A stretch of 64,000 bases of DNA, taken from positions 1 to 64,000 of IMG/VR virus record IMGVR_UViG_3300043539_002606. The stretch is one strand, 5' to 3'. The translations under genes and the position numbers were made by a program. The stretch comes from a virus. Below the pieces are notes generated by a model. It searched no databases. It worked only from the letters and a program-made list of their open reading frames with translations, and was not told where the DNA came from. Within the stretch, counting starts at the first letter, position 1, and the number at the start of each line of letters is the position of its first letter. Shown piece after piece: positions 42,793 through 53,448 of the stretch.

Positions 42793-45297
42793 TTAAACTC
42801 TGTAAGCCAATGAGCGTATATTATGAAATGCAAATCCAGAGCTGCCAGCTCCACCGCTATTGGTAATTTGAAAAGAACATACATGGTTATTAGTAGTTAC
42901 TGAGCCAGTTGGTCCTCCAATTAGTGATGGTATGGTAGTAGAATTTAGGTAGCCACTAACTTGTCCATTATAATAAGACAACTTCCAGTCTGCTACAGTT
43001 GTCCAAGACGTGTATGCTAATTGACCGCCTTCAAATAAGTTGGTTCCATCGTGCGCCCAAAGACTTATTCCTGTAGGTGTTGCTTTAAAACCGAATCCTT
43101 TTTTATTTGGAAGCGTTACTGGTATGGCTTTATTAAATGTCTCTCCTATTACAAACCAAAACACTGACGCGCTATTACCAAATGTAATACGGCTCATTAT
43201 CATTTCCAACATAAATACTTTGTTATCGAATGAAAGTGCTGATACATCACCAGCAAGGATAAATGGACTAACTGGTTGTTGTGCGCTAGTCCAGTTATAT
43301 ATTTGGTCGGCTGTTGAATTATTAAAACCTACACCATCATTTGTAGAATTTGCTACTTGCCAAGATTTCCATTTTGGACCAAATCCTAAAAAGGATTCGT
43401 CATACAATCCTTTTGTCATTACATGAGAATCTCCTAACGCGCTTAAAGCTGGTTGTCCTACAACTGTCAATTCGCCAGAAACTTCAATGTTATTATCTAA
43501 CTTAGCACTCGTTACGCTGCCATCACTTGGTACAACCTGTCCTACTTGCACAGTATTGACTGGCGATATTACCACTGCTTTTGCTCCAGATTCGAGAGGC
43601 GATGTGAATATTATATTTCCACCGCTAACACTATAGTCAGCACCTGGCTCTTGCAATGCACCATCAATAGCAACAATTAATGCACTTGGATTAGTTAGTC
43701 CGCTTGCACCACTAATAGCATATACACTAGTTGAGCCATTGCCAGTAACTGTTGTGCGAACAGGATCAACGTAAGGAGCCGGTGGACCTTCAGGACCAAC
43801 ATCACCTTTTTCAGATGTTAATGTAACAGCAACAAACTTTAAGAATTCAACCTTGATACTAGCAGTGCTATCTTTGTTTTGAACAATAAAAAATATTCTA
43901 TCACCTGGATTTAGATCAAGAACTGTTTGAACAGCAGCAGCTGATGGTTTAGTCTGACTTACAGCGTTGGCATATATCTCACTTTCACTAATACGATTGA
44001 GATTTGGATCTAACGCTGATCCAGGAACTGTATTTTTACCTATGTAAAATCCACATGTATCATTTGAGCCTGAGTAAAAGTTGAAACTAGCAACCACATG
44101 AAAACGCCCACCGTCACCTGTATATTTCAATGAATTGGTAGTTGCATCCTTCTCAAAATTGAATAATAAACCAGTCTCCATTGTACCTGCTACAACTGCC
44201 CTACCATTTATGCTTGGTATAGTTGTTGCTGTAGCATTATTTTTTAAGTAGATTACACCAACATCATGATTACCTGCAACACCTGATCCAGGCAAGCCTT
44301 GATCGCCTGTATCGCCCTTCTCACCCTGAATTCCTTGTATGCCTTGTATGCCTTGTATGCCTTGATCACCAGTATCACCTTTGTCACCTTTTAAACCCTG
44401 TATGCCTTGAATGCCTTGATCTCCCGTATCACCTTTGTCACCTTTTAAACCCTGTATGCCTTGATCACCAGTATCACCCTTTAATCCTTGAATTCCTTGA
44501 ATTCCTTGATCACCTTTTAAACCCTGTATGCCTTGTATGCCTTGATCACCAGTATCACCCTTTAATCCTTGAATTCCTTGATCACCTTTTGATGCAGCGA
44601 GAACCCAATCAACACCAGGATAACCTGGATAATACGAAGAATACACACCAGTTGCTGTATAATAAAGAGAGCCATTATAAGTGACGAGATCTCCAGCAGC
44701 ATAGTCATACCCATTGACCCACACGCCTCTAAAATTCCAAAGTGCATCTGCACCGTCTGCGCCATTAGAACCTTGTATGCCCTGATCACCCTTTAAACCT
44801 TGTATTCCTTGTATGCCCTGATCACCCTTTAAACCTTGTATGCCTTGTATGCCCTGTATACCCTGTATGCCTTGATCACCTTTATCACCCTTCTCGCCTT
44901 TATCTCCGCGTGGTATTGTAAAGTTTATGATTGCATCATGAATACTACCAGCATTTGTTATAACGACATTTGATCCAGCGGCACCTGTTGTTACAGTGCC
45001 AATACTTATAGTAGCTGCATCACCTGTATCTCCCTTTGGTCCTTGAGCTCCAACATCTCCACGAGGTATTGTAAAATCAAAAATAGCAACACTGCTTGTG
45101 CCTCTATTGTTAACAATTACAAGACTGCCTGGTGCACCTGTTGTTACTGTGCCAACACTTATAGTAGCTGCAAGACCCTGAGGACCTTGTGTGCCAGTTT
45201 GAAATATAGGCCCAACATAATTGCCAGCTTCATGCAATGCTGGTATAATCAAATTAGGATTATTGTTAATTATAACGGGTGGTAATATTTCAGACAT
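42793..45297 (-). CDS. Collagen-like fibre protein
   Basis: Extensive Gly-X-Y repeats (GIQ/GLK/GDQ), duplicated ATIS.GTVTTGA.GS modules, beta-rich C-terminal domains. Confidence 0.85.
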   Translation of the reverse strand: MSEILPPVIINNNPNLIIPALHEAGNYVGPIFQTGTQGPQGLAATISVGTVTTGAPGSLVIVNNRGTSSVAIFDFTIPRGDVGAQGPKGDTGDAATISIGTVTTGAAGSNVVITNAGSIHDAIINFTIPRGDKGEKGDKGDQGIQGIQGIQGIQGLKGDQGIQGIQGLKGDQGIQGSNGADGADALWNFRGVWVNGYDYAAGDLVTYNGSLYYTATGVYSSYYPGYPGVDWVLAASKGDQGIQGLKGDTGDQGIQGIQGLKGDQGIQGIQGLKGDTGDQGIQGLKGDKGDTGDQGIQGIQGLKGDKGDTGDQGIQGIQGIQGIQGEKGDTGDQGLPGSGVAGNHDVGVIYLKNNATATTIPSINGRAVVAGTMETGLLFNFEKDATTNSLKYTGDGGRFHVVASFNFYSGSNDTCGFYIGKNTVPGSALDPNLNRISESEIYANAVSQTKPSAAAVQTVLDLNPGDRIFFIVQNKDSTASIKVEFLKFVAVTLTSEKGDVGPEGPPAPYVDPVRTTVTGNGSTSVYAISGASGLTNPSALIVAIDGALQEPGADYSVSGGNIIFTSPLESGAKAVVISPVNTVQVGQVVPSDGSVTSAKLDNNIEVSGELTVVGQPALSALGDSHVMTKGLYDESFLGFGPKWKSWQVANSTNDGVGFNNSTADQIYNWTSAQQPVSPFILAGDVSALSFDNKVFMLEMIMSRITFGNSASVFWFVIGETFNKAIPVTLPNKKGFGFKATPTGISLWAHDGTNLFEGGQLAYTSWTTVADWKLSYYNGQVSGYLNSTTIPSLIGGPTGSVTTNNHVCSFQITNSGGAGSSGFAFHNIRSLAYRV
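44290..44905 (-). repeat. Two tracts of 9-bp-unit collagen-coding tandem repeats
   Basis: Repeated CCTTGTATG / CCTTGATCA / CCTTTTAAA units on the plus strand, interrupted by about 170 bp of unique sequence. Confidence 0.9.
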
Positions 45298-45301
45298 AAT
45301 T

Positions 45302-45655
45302 TTAGTTTACAACTGGTGGTCTTGTCGCGCGCGGTGTGATTGTAACTTGTCCTTCAATAACACGTATAACATCATTGTCATTTGCGGTATAAACTTCAAT
45401 GTCAAATACATATCGTCCAGCTTTCATGCCTGAGGTCTGAGCTGGTGTTAGACTAATTCTTACGAGTCCATCTTCAGGATCGCCTTGCACCTGAACAAGA
45501 AAGTTAACTGCAAGAGTAGCATTATAATTGCGACGAATCTGACCTCGACCAGAATAATTAGTCAGATCAAGCGGCAAATTATTTAATGTCAATACAGGCA
45601 GAGTTGCATTATATGCAGAGCCTTGATCAATAATAATATCTGTATAGAAAGCCAT
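45302..45655 (-). CDS. Small conserved virion structural protein
   Basis: IIDQGS...DLTNY...QIRR...LTPAQT..MKAGRYVFDIE...RVIEG.V.ITP pattern common in T4-like phages; TATAAATA at 45661-45668. Confidence 0.75.
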   Translation of the reverse strand: MAFYTDIIIDQGSAYNATLPVLTLNNLPLDLTNYSGRGQIRRNYNATLAVNFLVQVQGDPEDGLVRISLTPAQTSGMKAGRYVFDIEVYTANDNDVIRVIEGQVTITPRATRPPVVN

Positions 45656-45713
45656 GTTTCTATTTATAAGATATAAACTTCAACAGAACGTGAGCTGTTT
45701 ATATCAACATTAA

Positions 45714-46010
45714 TTATGCCCAGAAAATATTAGGCGTCGCATCGTCAGTTGGTCGCGGCTCATCTGATGTGCTTGTCCAATGAATATATTGTTCACTGCC
45801 TTCAGGAATCGGAATACCGACAAGATCGCGAAACAACACCCACCATTGACCATCACCGTTATGCTCGCCAATGACGCACAGTGCGTGTTCGTGAGATGCA
45901 AGGGTTGATTGAGGTTCACCATTCTCGTCGATTGTTGTAAAGCCGTTGTCAATACCAAATTGTACAGCTACTTCTTTGCTTGGAAATTTCAAGATGTAAT
46001 CTATAGTCAC
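45714..46010 (-). CDS. Hypothetical protein coupled to the upstream spike/fibre gene (possible chaperone)
   Basis: 4-bp overlap with the 46007-47563 gene; higher GC. Confidence 0.65.
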   Translation of the reverse strand: MTIDYILKFPSKEVAVQFGIDNGFTTIDENGEPQSTLASHEHALCVIGEHNGDGQWWVLFRDLVGIPIPEGSEQYIHWTSTSDEPRPTDDATPNIFWA

Positions 46011-47563
46011 GTTGTGAGTGATTGGAGCTTCGCGTTAGGGAGGCGTTTCTTAAAGTATTGGATTCGGGCGATGTGTCCGTTAAGGAACAACGAAGCCCCA
46101 TTACCTCGGCTTCCAATGCTTAATGATGTGCTAATATCTCCTTGCAAGGGATCGGCTTGCACTGTCTTAGCTAAACTGCCATTAAGGCAAATCTGCTCGC
46201 CAGACGTTAATGCGATTTTATTCAGTTCAGTTAAAGAATATGCGGCGTTAGATGATGCGTCTAATCTGCTTGCTGCACCTCCGTGTCGGTAGATACATCT
46301 ATTAAATACTCCCCCAACCCCAGTAAAACTAATACTTTGCCAAGAAACTGAAGGACTTCCCTCCGTAATCATAGCACCACTAATACCCTGCCTAACAAAA
46401 TAGCCTATTACTATCGTGTCGTCTCCAGCGTTTGCCCAACCAGCAGTCGTCACACTACACACATCCGCGCTGCGGGTGAGTGCTGTGGTGGTTGTTGGAA
46501 TGTAGCTGGTGGGGAAGGAGCCAGCTTCTAGTTGTGCAAATTGAACCGTTCCCGTAACTGTTAAAGTAAGAGTGCCTGCCGTTGGTGTAAATGTAAGTGT
46601 GGTTCTAGCGGGATACGCTCCCGTGCCAACAACAGTTGCTGTATGCACCCCAGACAAGACAACTGTTCCTGTTCCGTAGAACGAAAGAGTGCGAGCAGCG
46701 GCAGTTACCGTTACGCTTTGAGTCGATAAGTTATCTGAGTTAAGCAGTGAGTTTTGCCTCGACTCCTCGATCAACAGCCCTTTGCAAGCAAGCGTCACAG
46801 GGTCGTGGTCAAAGCGTGGAGCATAGTAGGGATTTGTTAATGTTTGAAAATGTGGCCATGCAAATGTACCAGATGATAGTTGGCAGCTGCCGACGAGCAG
46901 ACCGCGAATAGCAGTGATAGGACTTCCATAATAGTCAGTGTTTGTGAAGACCAACTTATGAGTAGTAGACGAGGGTGTTTCACCTGGCAGATAAGCAATT
47001 AGCTTATACCATCCATTAGACTCTACTATCGAGCCAGTCGCACCTTCTGTCTGTGTTGCTACTGACCAAGTAGCTGTAGAGAAAGACACCCTTGCATTGT
47101 CTTTATATACTAAATGCAAATATGCAGGAAGAGTCACTCCAGGAGATGGCTTAACCCACCAGCTAAAAACACGTCTACGTGTATATGCATCAGCAAAGGA
47201 AGATGGAAGTTCTGTTCTTGCCTGTGATGAAATATTCGTCTCGACAACCATTAAGCAAGAACTTCCGCCGTCTGGATCTAATTCGTTGCTTGCATATTTG
47301 GTAGCAAATGCGCTCGTACGAGATGCGCCTCCACTATTCAAGAAAAGATTCTCAGGAGCATATTGAATCAATCCCGCTTCATTAACTCTAGTTGCGCTTG
47401 TTCCACGGCTGAAAGTCGGGGTCGGGCCCTTTCTAGCTGTCAGCGTCTTATCAAGCGCAAAATCAAGATACAATGATAATTCATTGATATCAATATCATC
47501 ATTTTTTTCTAATGAAAAAGCTTGAGGTCGATATAACGGCTGATATAGTGGCTGAGCGATCAT
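46007..47563 (-). CDS. Spike/fibre protein with LamG/concanavalin-like beta domains
   Basis: TFSRGTSAT, PRFDHDP...GLLIEESRQN, QLEAGSFPTSYIPT...TRSAD and LNGHIARI motifs. Confidence 0.75.
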   Translation of the reverse strand: MIAQPLYQPLYRPQAFSLEKNDDIDINELSLYLDFALDKTLTARKGPTPTFSRGTSATRVNEAGLIQYAPENLFLNSGGASRTSAFATKYASNELDPDGGSSCLMVVETNISSQARTELPSSFADAYTRRRVFSWWVKPSPGVTLPAYLHLVYKDNARVSFSTATWSVATQTEGATGSIVESNGWYKLIAYLPGETPSSTTHKLVFTNTDYYGSPITAIRGLLVGSCQLSSGTFAWPHFQTLTNPYYAPRFDHDPVTLACKGLLIEESRQNSLLNSDNLSTQSVTVTAAARTLSFYGTGTVVLSGVHTATVVGTGAYPARTTLTFTPTAGTLTLTVTGTVQFAQLEAGSFPTSYIPTTTTALTRSADVCSVTTAGWANAGDDTIVIGYFVRQGISGAMITEGSPSVSWQSISFTGVGGVFNRCIYRHGGAASRLDASSNAAYSLTELNKIALTSGEQICLNGSLAKTVQADPLQGDISTSLSIGSRGNGASLFLNGHIARIQYFKKRLPNAKLQSLTT

Positions 47564-47901
47564 CGATTATGAACAATAGCTGTTAGTTTAATAGCTGGAG
47601 TGGTTGTTGATCCAGTTACTCTAACAGCAAGCAATTTACTAGGTGGTGAAGTAACAATAGCACCGCCACTACTTGTTAGTGTAACATCTTCATTACTTGC
47701 ATTTTTAAATGACACAAAGGTATCAAGACTATCAATAAATCCAAGAGTAACTGTATCACTACCAAAAGTTCCAGCAGCATAGAGCACATAATTTGTACCA
47801 GCAAATGGAGCAACTAATGCATAGGTATTATTAGTCGCGATGCTTGTGATGCCAGTCGTTGGGTTATATTCGACGTAATTCGGTGATGTTGGTATTGCCA
47901 T
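47560..47901 (-). CDS. Hypothetical beta-rich virion protein
   Basis: ORF with TATAAATA 5 nt upstream (47907-47914). Confidence 0.7.
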   Translation of the reverse strand: MAIPTSPNYVEYNPTTGITSIATNNTYALVAPFAGTNYVLYAAGTFGSDTVTLGFIDSLDTFVSFKNASNEDVTLTSSGGAIVTSPPSKLLAVRVTGSTTTPAIKLTAIVHNR

Positions 47902-47922
47902 AATTCTATTTATATGATAATG

Positions 47923-48333
47923 TTATCTAAAGATGTCTTTAAACTGTTCTTCACTAATATCAAGAGCAGAGCATATCTCACTCATATTTTCTGCAATATA
48001 AGCATAGTCTGGAGATATTGTTGGGCTAGCATCATAACGCAACTTTTCTTCAAGAGGTAAGCTTTCAAGAATAGCTGAAAATGCTGTTGCAAGATTGCGT
48101 TCAATTAGTCGATCAACTAATTCTCGTTTTGTGAGAGAACGCAATTTCTTATCCTTTTGAATAAGAGTCGCGCCTAATTGTGATATTGCTGAATCTATAT
48201 TGTCAGCACTAACAATATTATGTTTAATCCTATCTAACAAATTAGGGGGTATTTCTCTAATTAAAAATAGTTTATTTTCAATCGTAATATTCGCTGAAAA
48301 TTTACTTGCTGAATGGTAAAAAAAATGTTTCAT
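47923..48333 (-). CDS. Hypothetical protein (possible fibre assembly factor)
   Basis: ORF directly after a fibre gene. Confidence 0.65.
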   Translation of the reverse strand: MKHFFYHSASKFSANITIENKLFLIREIPPNLLDRIKHNIVSADNIDSAISQLGATLIQKDKKLRSLTKRELVDRLIERNLATAFSAILESLPLEEKLRYDASPTISPDYAYIAENMSEICSALDISEEQFKDIFR

Positions 48334-48335
48334 AT

Positions 48336-49766
48336 TTAAGCTGGATCGTAGTAATAGTATTGTCTTTCAATATCTGTAGGATCTGAACTCATTTGCAGAT
48401 CATAGGATGTAAAGTAGAGATTATTAACATAATTACGATAAGGAAAAACACCAATATTTGGTACAGGAGTCATTTCTGTTAATATCGTAGGAGTCGAAGT
48501 ACTAAAATAAAGAACACCATTTGATTGTGAATAAAAGTTTCCTGGTGATAAAGAATTATAGGAAGGCCAATCTTCTATCGTAATATAAGGATCAACACTT
48601 ATACCGTCAAATGGCCAATCTATAGTCCATCCTGAGTCTAACATTTTTTCAATTGTAGCTTGTATCGGTTCAGAAAAAAAACATCCACCGTTACTAAAAT
48701 TAGCTGAGGCTAAATCTAATAATCTTACGAAGCTAGCTGGATAATCCAGCATAGTATTACAATTTCCAATCGTTTCTATAATAGCATCAATTGTTGGTTT
48801 ATCTGCTGGATTTGATGTAGCAGTAATTATTGAGTTTAACGAAAATGGCAACGGATCATAACCATAATAACTATTTTGAGTTAATGGTAAAACAAAATCT
48901 CCATCAATTACTAATTCTTCTAATCCATCAGGAAATATTGTTACTTCATATCCAGTATTGCCAGGACCATATACATAATTCCAACCATCATATTGCCAAT
49001 ATGCAGGAACCACAGTTTCTGCTAAGTGCTTATTATACAAATAAGGTTTAAGTATTTCAGGACCAGTTGGGCCCGGTGGTCCTTGTATGCCCTTTAGATT
49101 AACTCCTTCTTCTGGCCAAACACCAGCACTCTTTGGACCAAATAACACATAATTAATTCTATCAAGATAATAATCACCATCTTGACTCGATTCAGGAGGA
49201 GTCTCTAATATTCCACTAATTATTGTAGTGCCATTTGTGCCATTCAAACCAGAAGCAGCAACTGTTGCTCCAGTTAATTCTGTCCATGTTCCGCTGCTAG
49301 CAGTAGAATAGCTATAGATTCGTGGTCCAACTGGACTAAATTTAACACCAGGTGTCGCTGAATTTAGTCCTTCACGAACAATAAAGAGTGTGCCATTTTT
49401 ATTTAGGACATTAGCTATTGTGCTGCTATTTGGTAATTGATTAACATAATCAACAACACCATCAATAGCAAGACCACGACCTGCTGGACCAACGACATTA
49501 CCTAGAGCCTTTGATGTATTGTCTGAATATCTTGCAACCAATACTCCTTCAGAATTTAGATCAACGTCGCGCACATTAATTAAATCAGTTGACGTCGTTA
49601 AATCAATTTCAATAATAGGATTTATTGCGTCACGATTTTTATAATAGAGTTTGTTATCTGGAATGTTAATAAAGATTTCACCAAGCAATAGATCGCTATC
49701 AACTGGTTTTTCTCCAGAAACATTGCTATGGCGTAATACAATTCGAGATGGTGTTAGACTAGGCAT
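48336..49766 (-). CDS. Tail fibre-like protein with an N-terminal attachment motif and a short collagen stretch
   Basis: IVLRHS...P...L..GEI.INI.D.KLYYK; DGDYYLD...LFGPK..G.W; GIQGPPGPTGP. Confidence 0.7.
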   Translation of the reverse strand: MPSLTPSRIVLRHSNVSGEKPVDSDLLLGEIFINIPDNKLYYKNRDAINPIIEIDLTTSTDLINVRDVDLNSEGVLVARYSDNTSKALGNVVGPAGRGLAIDGVVDYVNQLPNSSTIANVLNKNGTLFIVREGLNSATPGVKFSPVGPRIYSYSTASSGTWTELTGATVAASGLNGTNGTTIISGILETPPESSQDGDYYLDRINYVLFGPKSAGVWPEEGVNLKGIQGPPGPTGPEILKPYLYNKHLAETVVPAYWQYDGWNYVYGPGNTGYEVTIFPDGLEELVIDGDFVLPLTQNSYYGYDPLPFSLNSIITATSNPADKPTIDAIIETIGNCNTMLDYPASFVRLLDLASANFSNGGCFFSEPIQATIEKMLDSGWTIDWPFDGISVDPYITIEDWPSYNSLSPGNFYSQSNGVLYFSTSTPTILTEMTPVPNIGVFPYRNYVNNLYFTSYDLQMSSDPTDIERQYYYYDPA

Positions 49767-49781
49767 ATGAGTTTATTTATC

Positions 49782-52700
49782 TTATAGGATATCGCGATCA
49801 ATCTTCTTAAATTGAGGAATTGTTTTTAATTGTGTAGAAACTGGGAAATATGAACGACTAACTTCTTTACCGGCAACATAAACTCTTCCAATATCTTCAC
49901 CTTCGTCCTTACATAAGATATATGTTTGATCCATCGCACCAGCTATATTGACAATATTTTTTGCATTTTCTGGAAAGATAACCTTAGCATATTTTGGTGT
50001 TGCAACTCCTAAAGATACACTTGTGCCAAGAATATAGTTAATATTAATTCCACCAACATAGAGTTCAAAGATACCACTGCTTGGAGCTGTTTCCACGATT
50101 ACAAATATTCGGGTGCGGCTTGCGTCATCAATAACGAAAAAGTCATGAACATTTGGCAGGTTAAAACTTGTCCATATTGATATATTACCCGTAGCAGCAC
50201 TACCACTATTTGCACAACCGCTTGCACGATTGCCCGCGAAATATAATACTCCGTTACTAGCTAGAGCAAATGAAACTGCACTAAAATTACATGTTTGTAT
50301 TTTAACTATTTTATTATTAGTTCCAGGAGCAGATCCACTAAAGGCTGTTATTGTTGGTAAATTTGGATTAGTCAAATTATCTTGACCAACTGCCAAACGA
50401 CCATTGCTGTTTAAGCCACAGCAATATAATCTATCAGTTAAAATGTTTTGTTCAGGCACACTATCAAGTAATCCAGCTGGCAGAGTATCAAACGTTAAAG
50501 CTTTTCTGAGTATAATGCCGTCACCTGAAGTATCAGCTCCAGTGCCTCGAGAAACACTAATGTCAACAATACCTCTTAGTCTGCTACGACGTAGGTTAGC
50601 TGCTGCAATTCCATTAGTTGCACTATTAGAAAGAAGCACATCGTCTGTTGTTTGACTAGAACCAATAAATGCAAGTCTAGCACCATTAAAACTACTGAAT
50701 AGTCTAAATTGCGTTGCACGATTTGCTCCAGCAGCATTTCCTAAAATTACATAATAGTTTGTTGTGCCATATGTTAATGTATCAAAATCTAATAGGTTAT
50801 GTGCTGCAAGATTTGAACGTTCAAAAACTGTTCCAGTTGCAGTTGGTGTTGTTGTTCCTAATACTCTAAATGTGCCAGCGATATTTGATGGTTGAGGATT
50901 AATAACAGCATCAGACTCTGCAGTTAACATTGGGGCAAAATCGCTAAGACTTAAAGAGTTAGCTCTTAGATTTCCAAATGCACCTTTACGATTTACACCT
51001 GTACACCAAACCTCGTTATCACTTTCGTTTCCTGGTTTTCCAACAATTACATAATGAGCATCATATGTTCGTACTACCTTTTTAATATACCAACTATAGT
51101 CATTAAATGCTTCGGTAGTTAAACCCGTTTGCGTTCTCCATGCACTTAGTGCATCTGGAGCTGATGTAGCAAGGCCTCCTGCTGTTATTGCATTTGGTTT
51201 AAACCAATTGAATCTCTTACGAATTTGTTCAGAGCTGCTGCTATTCAACAATGTTGTTAATTCTCCAGGTGTTTTAATCGTTTGCTTTTGTGTTTCAGTT
51301 AAAGCAAAATTATACCAAAGATTTCTACCAGGAGAATCAACAGTTGGTCCCCAAACAAGTGGGCCAGTTGCTGCTGAAGTTGATACAAGATCTCCACGAC
51401 CAAATTGACCAGTATTATTAAGACCTGTGCTTAGATAATAACCACGTGTATATGGTATAGTGCCATTGAAATAGCTAACTAAGCCTGATGTTGCAGAATT
51501 AACGTTATTGTAACTATTATCATAACCATCCTTTGTTTTTAAGGTTATATTAGAATAGCTATCGTTAGAACCCGATATACCAGTTACGCTATCAAGTAAT
51601 ACTGCATTTGCTGACCATTTTTCTTTAATTGGCAAAAACGCAGGCAGAAGCTGACTAATTTGAACAGAGCTATTATATGGATTAGTTGGGAAAAATCCGT
51701 CATAATAGCTGCTAAATTCACTAATACCACGACTTGTTGCAGCAATATCACCTCTTGCATTTGTGCCATAGCCATATACTACATCATCTTGATCAACAAA
51801 AAAGAATTGATCAGGTGTTGCAAATGTTCGTTGTAATTGTGTAACCTTTCCTAGGTTAGAACCAAATGGGCCAATACTGTTTAATGTAACATCAGCATCA
51901 ATTGAACCTGAAGAAAGTGTGCTTGTTGCAACTGTTCTCCATGCTCGGCCTGCTCCACTTTTATCAACAATACTAAACGAATTTTTAGCGTCGCTATAGC
52001 CTAAACCATCTGAAGATTCCATTAAGTCAAAGCAACTGCCTTCAACTCCACCCGATAATATTCGTGTATCAACATACTCTTTATTTACTGCATCTGTATT
52101 TGCAGCAGGAGTTGCAGTAGTTAAGCGACCACTATTATAACGCGGAATATTTGTTTTTAGTTGAAGTTGTCCACCTGTAAATTGAAAAACAGTACTATCA
52201 GCATTAAGTGCAATATGAGTTATTCCATTTTTTAATGACGCAGTATTTTTTGGAGTAGTGCCATTTGCTTCAAAAAATGATATACCATTTCCTTTTGCTA
52301 GTGAAAAACTAGAAACAGCATCAGGCAAATATTTAATAAGTTTAACAGTCGCCGGTGATCCTGTTGTTGAATTTGGTAATAGAGTCGCACTTCTTGGAAA
52401 ACCAGTTTGACCGGGAACAAGCAAATCAACTAGTTCTACAAAAACACTATTTGCATCAGTTGCAGTAATTGTTCCTCCATTTAAGATAAGCCAACCATAA
52501 AAATCTTCATCTGGTATATTTCCACCAGCTAATGAACCCGACCATTGTTGAGCTTTTGTTGTATCAACTTCAATGATCGTGCCAACAGGCATCATTTCAT
52601 TAGTATTAATTAACGCAACACTACTAGCAATTTCACTAGTTAAATCTTCAACAAGTGAAGTAGCAGATTTCCAAACAATTGCTGAAGTTCCTGTATCATA

Positions 52701-53231
52701 TGTTAATACTGATTCAACACCAGGAAAACTAGGAAATGTCCATGTATTAGCGCCAAATTTAATTTTTGAATTTTGAATTTCTAAATTAACATTGTTGGCA
52801 ATCTTAAAAATTCCACCAGCTGTTTCATAATCAAGAATTAGGGTGTTAAATGTTGAAGCAGTTGGAAAACTAAAACTAAATCCATAGTCTGATGCATTTG
52901 CTAGCAAATTAATGCCATTTGCTCCAATAAAATTTATATTGCCGTCAACAGCATATGTTGAATTGAACTGTTTAGCCGCATTATTTGTTTGAATAAGGCC
53001 ATTGGCTAGATTTAAGTTACCGCTGATTGTAACATTTGAATTAAAAATACTAGCATTGTCAAATGTTTTTACTCCAATAATTGTTTGATCATTTTGACGA
53101 TCAACATATTCATCATTAACTGCGAAATTTGTAGTTTTCAACTCAGTAACAATATCATTGAATCGATCAATCCACACTTTAAAATTATCGCTATATGCGA
53201 TAGGCTCAATACTGTATAGTATAGTACTCAT
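49782..53231 (-). CDS. Large baseplate/tail fibre protein with RCC1-like beta-propeller repeats
   Basis: DNFKVWIDRFN N-terminus, DAVNKEYVD motif, repeated G.N..G..G (YGYGTNARG, TGLNNTGQFG, CGLNSNGRL). Confidence 0.7.
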   Translation of the reverse strand: MSTILYSIEPIAYSDNFKVWIDRFNDIVTELKTTNFAVNDEYVDRQNDQTIIGVKTFDNASIFNSNVTISGNLNLANGLIQTNNAAKQFNSTYAVDGNINFIGANGINLLANASDYGFSFSFPTASTFNTLILDYETAGGIFKIANNVNLEIQNSKIKFGANTWTFPSFPGVESVLTYDTGTSAIVWKSATSLVEDLTSEIASSVALINTNEMMPVGTIIEVDTTKAQQWSGSLAGGNIPDEDFYGWLILNGGTITATDANSVFVELVDLLVPGQTGFPRSATLLPNSTTGSPATVKLIKYLPDAVSSFSLAKGNGISFFEANGTTPKNTASLKNGITHIALNADSTVFQFTGGQLQLKTNIPRYNSGRLTTATPAANTDAVNKEYVDTRILSGGVEGSCFDLMESSDGLGYSDAKNSFSIVDKSGAGRAWRTVATSTLSSGSIDADVTLNSIGPFGSNLGKVTQLQRTFATPDQFFFVDQDDVVYGYGTNARGDIAATSRGISEFSSYYDGFFPTNPYNSSVQISQLLPAFLPIKEKWSANAVLLDSVTGISGSNDSYSNITLKTKDGYDNSYNNVNSATSGLVSYFNGTIPYTRGYYLSTGLNNTGQFGRGDLVSTSAATGPLVWGPTVDSPGRNLWYNFALTETQKQTIKTPGELTTLLNSSSSEQIRKRFNWFKPNAITAGGLATSAPDALSAWRTQTGLTTEAFNDYSWYIKKVVRTYDAHYVIVGKPGNESDNEVWCTGVNRKGAFGNLRANSLSLSDFAPMLTAESDAVINPQPSNIAGTFRVLGTTTPTATGTVFERSNLAAHNLLDFDTLTYGTTNYYVILGNAAGANRATQFRLFSSFNGARLAFIGSSQTTDDVLLSNSATNGIAAANLRRSRLRGIVDISVSRGTGADTSGDGIILRKALTFDTLPAGLLDSVPEQNILTDRLYCCGLNSNGRLAVGQDNLTNPNLPTITAFSGSAPGTNNKIVKIQTCNFSAVSFALASNGVLYFAGNRASGCANSGSAATGNISIWTSFNLPNVHDFFVIDDASRTRIFVIVETAPSSGIFELYVGGININYILGTSVSLGVATPKYAKVIFPENAKNIVNIAGAMDQTYILCKDEGEDIGRVYVAGKEVSRSYFPVSTQLKTIPQFKKIDRDIL

Positions 53232-53241
53232 ATATTGTTAT

Positions 53242-53448
53242 TTATGCTAGCAAAGTTTGTATTTTTTTCTCTAATTCATGGACACGCATCTCAAGATTAT
53301 CAATTCTTTCTAATAGTTTTTTCTCGTGAGCAGCTCTCTTTTTACGGGCTAATGCCGCGGCATATGCTTCATTATCAACATTAATTACTGCTCCAGATCG
53401 CGGGTCTTTTGCAAGACCCGCATTACCTTGAACTTTAACTAAACTCAT
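53242..53448 (-). CDS. Small conserved T4-like protein with a coiled coil
   Basis: KVQG...L.KDP.SGAVIN followed by a coiled coil; usual position after the DUF4815 gene. Confidence 0.75.
   Translation of the reverse strand: MSLVKVQGNAGLAKDPRSGAVINVDNEAYAAALARKKRAAHEKKLLERIDNLEMRVHELEKKIQTLLA

Noticed and set aside
44290-44905. Tandem repeats as a CRISPR array or non-coding satellite
   Set aside because: They are in-frame Gly-X-Y collagen codons
48336-49766. Diversity-generating retroelement target
   Set aside because: No reverse transcriptase and no template/variable repeat pair seen in the window
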